A stretch of DNA of 64,000 bases from Candidatus Omnitrophota bacterium (GTDB lineage Bacteria > Omnitrophota > Omnitrophia > Omnitrophales > Aquincolibacteriaceae), in the NCBI GenBank assembly GCA_035352955.1, contig DAOPYQ010000001.1, forward strand, positions 165,536 to 229,535, given 5' to 3'. Positions 60,151 to 64,000 of the stretch are shown piece by piece (position 1 is the first letter of the stretch; the number at the start of each line of letters is the position of its first letter). The translations under genes were made by a program, and so were the position numbers. The notes beneath the pieces were generated by a model that was not told where the DNA came from, ran no database searches, and worked only from the letters and a program-made list of their open reading frames with translations.

Positions 60151-60792
60151 ATGATGAACGAGCTTTTGAAGGCGAATGTTTTTACGGGGCATCCGGGCTG
60201 GCAGGCGATCGCCTATCGGGGAGAGATTGCGTCCAAGCGGCTCCGGTTCGAAGTGACCGATGAGACTGGGCCGCGGCCGCTTTATTTTGCGGCGGTCATT
60301 TCCCGGGAAGAAAAACTTGCTTGGCAGTCCTTTCAGGATCTTTGGGATCACACTGTAGGCATCGCTCAGGCCGGGGTGCAGGGGTTCTTCGGGCTCGATC
60401 TGTTGAGTCTCGATCTCCTGACCGGGATCCGGAATTTTAATGCTCATGATTACAGCCGGCTTTTGATCAATCATGCGCGCGATTTAGATGCGGAGAAAAA
60501 ACCGCTGATTCGTTACGGTCAGACCTTCGCGGTTCTGCAGAAACGGGCTCCCGCAGATTGGGGGAGGATCGAGGTAAAGACCCATGTAGAGATCGTGGAT
60601 CCGGAGAAGGTACGGCTTGAGACTTTTCTCAAGAAATTGTTCCGCGAAGGCGGGAGTGATCCGCGCGCAGTTTGTCTGGCGCATGACCTCAGCTTGAATC
60701 CGGTCTGGGATCTCAATGTTCCTGTTGTGATCCCGTGTGAGGCTTATGGGTTCCATGCATCTGTTAAGACGGCGCGAAAACTTTCGAGCTGA
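60151..60792 (+). CDS. Hypothetical protein
   Basis: 213-aa ORF with no recognised motif. Sits between a terminator and rnd. Confidence 0.35.
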   Translation: MMNELLKANVFTGHPGWQAIAYRGEIASKRLRFEVTDETGPRPLYFAAVISREEKLAWQSFQDLWDHTVGIAQAGVQGFFGLDLLSLDLLTGIRNFNAHDYSRLLINHARDLDAEKKPLIRYGQTFAVLQKRAPADWGRIEVKTHVEIVDPEKVRLETFLKKLFREGGSDPRAVCLAHDLSLNPVWDLNVPVVIPCEAYGFHASVKTARKLSS

Positions 60793-60854
60793 AATACGTG
60801 GCCACGGGGGCAGGAGCATGTCGTTCCGCGAATGTTCCGTAGTATAATGAGTTT

Positions 60855-62051
60855 ATGAAAGAGACGATGAATTCAAAAATTGGTTCAGGATATACGTATG
60901 TGGATAGTGCGGAGGCCCTTACTCGCGTGATCGAGGCGTTGGAGGAGATTTCCCGGGTTGGGCTCGATACGGAGGCGGATAGTCTGCACCATTATTTTGA
61001 GAAGGTGTGCCTGATCCAGTTGAGTTTTTTGGGAATGAACTATGTGATCGACCCGCTCGCCGGTTTTTCGCTCGACGGGTTTCTAGAAGTGCTATCCCTC
61101 AAGGAATTGATCCTGCAGGGCGCGGATTATGACCTCCGTATGCTGAAAAAATCTTTTGGGTTTCGTCCGAAAGCTCCTGTTTTTGATACGATGCTCGCGG
61201 CTCAGGTTCTCGGTTATGAAAAAATAGGGCTAGCGGCACTGGCCGAAAAGTACTGCGGGGTCGCCCTTTCGAAATCGGGCCAAAAATCAGACTGGGCGCG
61301 GCGGCCCCTGTCTGCCAAGCAGTTAGATTATGCCGCGGACGACACGAAATATCTGGAAACGATCGCCGATGCCATGGCGGCAGGCCTTCGGGAACTGAAC
61401 AGGGTCGATTGGCACCGGGAATGCTGCGAACGAGCGGTCGAGGTCTCGGGGATCCTCGAGCAAAGCGACCCGGACGAGGCATGGCGCATTAAAGGGTCCT
61501 CGAAGCTGGCGCCGAAGACGCTCGCTTTTGTCCGGGAACTTTGGAAATGGCGGGACGCGGAGGCGCGAGCGAAGGACCGGCCGCCTTTTATGATCCTGCA
61601 AAACGAAAATGTGATCGAACTTGCCGAGTGGGGCGCGGGACATCCGCAGGAACCGCTTCAGGGGGGGCCTGCTTTTATGAAGAGGATCTCGGGGGAAAGG
61701 CTTGCCCGGTTGGAAAACGCGATCCGGACCGCAGAAAATCTTCCCCCTTCCGAATGGCCCGTGTCTCCCAAGAGGGTGAGAACTTCGCAGCCGTTCCCCT
61801 TGCCGGAGAAGGTGGAGAAATTACTCGCGGCATGCAAGATTATCGCCGCGGAGTACAAAATCGAAGCTTGTTTTCTGGCCTCCCGTGCCGCAGTGACGAA
61901 CATTGTCCGGTACCAGGCCCGGTCGGTCGAGAGTGTGATCGAGGCGAGCGGGATGATGCGATGGCAGGCGGGGCTCATTTTGCCGGCGGTGAAAGCCGTT
62001 TTAGGCGAAAGTCCCGAGAATTTTAATGACCGTTCTCTTTTGCAAACATAA
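60855..62051 (+). CDS. rnd: Ribonuclease D (DEDDy 3'-5' exonuclease plus HRDC)
   Basis: VGLDTEADSLHHYFEKVCLIQLSF and YAADDTKYL. Confidence 0.85.
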   Translation: MKETMNSKIGSGYTYVDSAEALTRVIEALEEISRVGLDTEADSLHHYFEKVCLIQLSFLGMNYVIDPLAGFSLDGFLEVLSLKELILQGADYDLRMLKKSFGFRPKAPVFDTMLAAQVLGYEKIGLAALAEKYCGVALSKSGQKSDWARRPLSAKQLDYAADDTKYLETIADAMAAGLRELNRVDWHRECCERAVEVSGILEQSDPDEAWRIKGSSKLAPKTLAFVRELWKWRDAEARAKDRPPFMILQNENVIELAEWGAGHPQEPLQGGPAFMKRISGERLARLENAIRTAENLPPSEWPVSPKRVRTSQPFPLPEKVEKLLAACKIIAAEYKIEACFLASRAAVTNIVRYQARSVESVIEASGMMRWQAGLILPAVKAVLGESPENFNDRSLLQT

Positions 62052-62063
62052 GGATTATCTATC

Positions 62064-63686
62064 ATGATCTCCGCCAACGGCGTGACGCTTCAATTCGGCA
62101 AACGGGTCCTTTTTGAGAACGTGAACATCATGTTCACGCCGGGGAACTGCTATGGTTTGATCGGGGCCAACGGGTCCGGGAAATCCACGTTTCTGAAGAT
62201 CCTTTCCGGCGAGATCGAATCTAACGCGGGCTCCGTGGCGGTAGGGAAGAACGAGCGCATTTCGACCCTTAAACAGGACCAGTTTGCTTTTGACGAATTT
62301 CCCGTGCTCCGGACCGTGATCATGGGTCACAAAAAGCTCTACGATATCATCCGCGAAAAAGAAGAGATTTATGCAAAACCCGATTTTTCGGACGCGGACG
62401 GTTTGCGCGTTGCGGATCTCGAGCATGAGTTCAACGAGATGCACGGCTGGGACGCGGAAGCCGAGGCGGCCAAACTCTTGAGCGATCTCGGTATTCCGGA
62501 TAAATTGCACGAAACTCCGATGAAGCAGCTTGAGTCCGGGCAAAAGGTGCGTGTTCTTTTGGCGCAGGCGCTTTTCGGGAACCCCGACGTCCTGCTTCTC
62601 GACGAACCGACGAACCATCTGGACGTCGAGACCTGCCTCTGGCTTGAGGATTTCCTTTATGATTTCAAGAATACTGCGATCGTGGTGTCCCACGATCGTC
62701 ATTTCCTGGACCGGGTCTGCACGCACATTGCGGACATTGATTTCGGGAAGATCCAGCTTTACACGGGGAATTATTCGTTCTGGTATGAGTCCAGCCAACT
62801 GGCTATGCGGCAGAAGTCCGAATCCAACAAGAATATCGAAGATAAGCGCAAGGAGCTCCAGGCGTTCATTGCGCGGTTTTCGGCCAACGCCTCCAAATCG
62901 CGCCAGGCGACGTCCCGGAAAAAGCTGCTCGAAAAATTGACCCTGGAAGATATCCGTCCGTCTTCGCGGAGGTATCCGAACGTGCTGTTCAAACCGGAGC
63001 GGGAGGCGGGGAATGATCTGCTTGAGATCGAGGGGCTTACGAAGTCGGTCGACGGCGAACTCATGTTCAAGAGTCTCGACCTCCGCGTGGATAAGGGCGA
63101 CAAGATCGCGTTCATTGGGTCGCAGGATCGCGTGAAAAGCACGCTCTTCCAGGTTTTGATGGGAGAACTCGCGCCGGACCAAGGGGCTTTCAAGTGGGGT
63201 GTTTCCACGGTCCGCGCCTATTTTCCGAGAGAAAACCGGAAATATTTTGAAACCGATTTGGATCTGGTCGACTGGCTGCGCCAGTTCTCAAAAGAAAAAG
63301 ACGAGAATTTTGTTCGCGGGTTTCTGGGGAGGATGCTCTTTTCCGGAGAAGAGTCGCTAAAAAAAGCTTCGGTCCTTTCGGGCGGCGAGCGGGTGCGTTG
63401 CATGCTCTCACGCATGATGCTTGTCGGCGCGAATGTGCTGATCATGGACGAACCGACCAACCATCTGGACCTCGAGTCCATTACTGCGCTCAACCAGGGG
63501 CTGGAAAGATTCCCCGGGACGATTCTTTTCACATCCCACGATCATCAGTTCGTTCAGACCGTTGCGAATCGGATCATCGAGCTTACGCCGCTCGGAATGA
63601 TCGAGCGGAGGGGCACCACGCTCGACGAATACCTGACGGACCCCGAGCTTAAAGCGAAACGGGCGGCCCTTTACCCCCATGGCTGA
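62064..63686 (+). CDS. ABC-F family ATPase (EttA/Uup-like, two ABC domains, no TM)
   Basis: Two Walker A motifs (GANGSGKST, GSQDRVKST) and two signature motifs (LSGGERVR). Confidence 0.9.
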   Translation: MISANGVTLQFGKRVLFENVNIMFTPGNCYGLIGANGSGKSTFLKILSGEIESNAGSVAVGKNERISTLKQDQFAFDEFPVLRTVIMGHKKLYDIIREKEEIYAKPDFSDADGLRVADLEHEFNEMHGWDAEAEAAKLLSDLGIPDKLHETPMKQLESGQKVRVLLAQALFGNPDVLLLDEPTNHLDVETCLWLEDFLYDFKNTAIVVSHDRHFLDRVCTHIADIDFGKIQLYTGNYSFWYESSQLAMRQKSESNKNIEDKRKELQAFIARFSANASKSRQATSRKKLLEKLTLEDIRPSSRRYPNVLFKPEREAGNDLLEIEGLTKSVDGELMFKSLDLRVDKGDKIAFIGSQDRVKSTLFQVLMGELAPDQGAFKWGVSTVRAYFPRENRKYFETDLDLVDWLRQFSKEKDENFVRGFLGRMLFSGEESLKKASVLSGGERVRCMLSRMMLVGANVLIMDEPTNHLDLESITALNQGLERFPGTILFTSHDHQFVQTVANRIIELTPLGMIERRGTTLDEYLTDPELKAKRAALYPHG

Positions 63687-63891
63687 GACTTCCTTTATTC
63701 TTCAAGGCGAATTCATCGAACTCAACAAGCTGCTCAAGGTCTGCGGGCTTTGCGAAAGCGGGGGCATGGCCAAGCAGGCGATTGCCCAGGGCTGTGTGAA
63801 AGTGGACGGGCAGATTGAGCTACGGAAGGCCTTCAAAGTCCGGCAAGGCATGCGTGTCGAATATGCCGGTCACACGATTGTTGTCGGATAG
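63679..63891 (+). CDS. S4-domain RNA-binding protein (YaaA/Hsp15-like)
   Basis: 70 aa. GMAKQAIAQGCVKVDGQIELRKAFKVRQGMRV. Confidence 0.7.
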   Translation: MAETSFILQGEFIELNKLLKVCGLCESGGMAKQAIAQGCVKVDGQIELRKAFKVRQGMRVEYAGHTIVVG

Positions 63892-63903
63892 CTAAAACTG
63901 AAA

Positions 63904-63950
63904 AGGGGTAGGGTCTGTTCTCGGAAGAAAAGACCCTGCCCCTTTTTTAT
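63904..63950 (+). terminator. Rho-independent terminator
   Basis: ggggtagggtct..loop..agaccctgcccc then tttttt. Confidence 0.85.
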
Positions 63951-64000
63951 TTGAGGATTCGGGTGAGGAAGAAGCTTGGGAAAACGCCCATGGCGATGAC

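Overview
All recognisable genes in this 64 kb window are on the + strand; GC content appears moderately high by eye, and the gene content looks like an uncultivated Gram-negative-type bacterium. Positions 25..13926 are one uninterrupted 4633-aa ORF, and its reading frame is also open upstream to the window edge. The ORF is built like beads on a string. Ten near-identical linker modules of about 200-280 nt, each containing a strong in-frame DNA/RNA hairpin, recur every 1.0-1.9 kb. Between them lie different domains: helical GF..L.DP.ER repeats, two paralogous beta-propeller-like blocks, and two multi-transmembrane blocks. The same palindromic GCGCAACG...CGTTGCGCG element also sits in the ilvN-ilvC and ilvC-leuA spacers. 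So a dispersed palindromic repeat family is present both between genes and as translated in-frame inserts in the giant gene. This is the most unusual feature of the window. Downstream lie a secreted hydrolase behind a consensus sigma70 promoter, then ilvB-ilvN-ilvC-leuA and aroE-pilD-aroC-aroK-aroB. Next come an AT-rich islet with an ORF6N-like gene overlapping dprA, followed by topA and xerC/D. A lipopolysaccharide/Kdo/heptose cluster of about 20 kb follows: waaA, lpxK, an LpxL-ELM1-like fusion, a GT4-GT9 fusion, four tandem GT9 heptosyltransferase paralogues, an Fe-S protein, DUF3108, FmdB, the hldE kinase, kdsB, pyrG, kdsA, kdsD, lpxL, an lptC-like gene and lptB. After it come hpf-ptsN-yvcK-ptsH-ptsI with no rpoN, then a PGI/PMI and a sugar nucleotidyltransferase, then metK and ahcY with a terminator, and finally a hypothetical gene, rnd, an ABC-F ATPase and an S4 protein with a terminator. 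No rRNA, tRNA, CRISPR array or transposase was seen.
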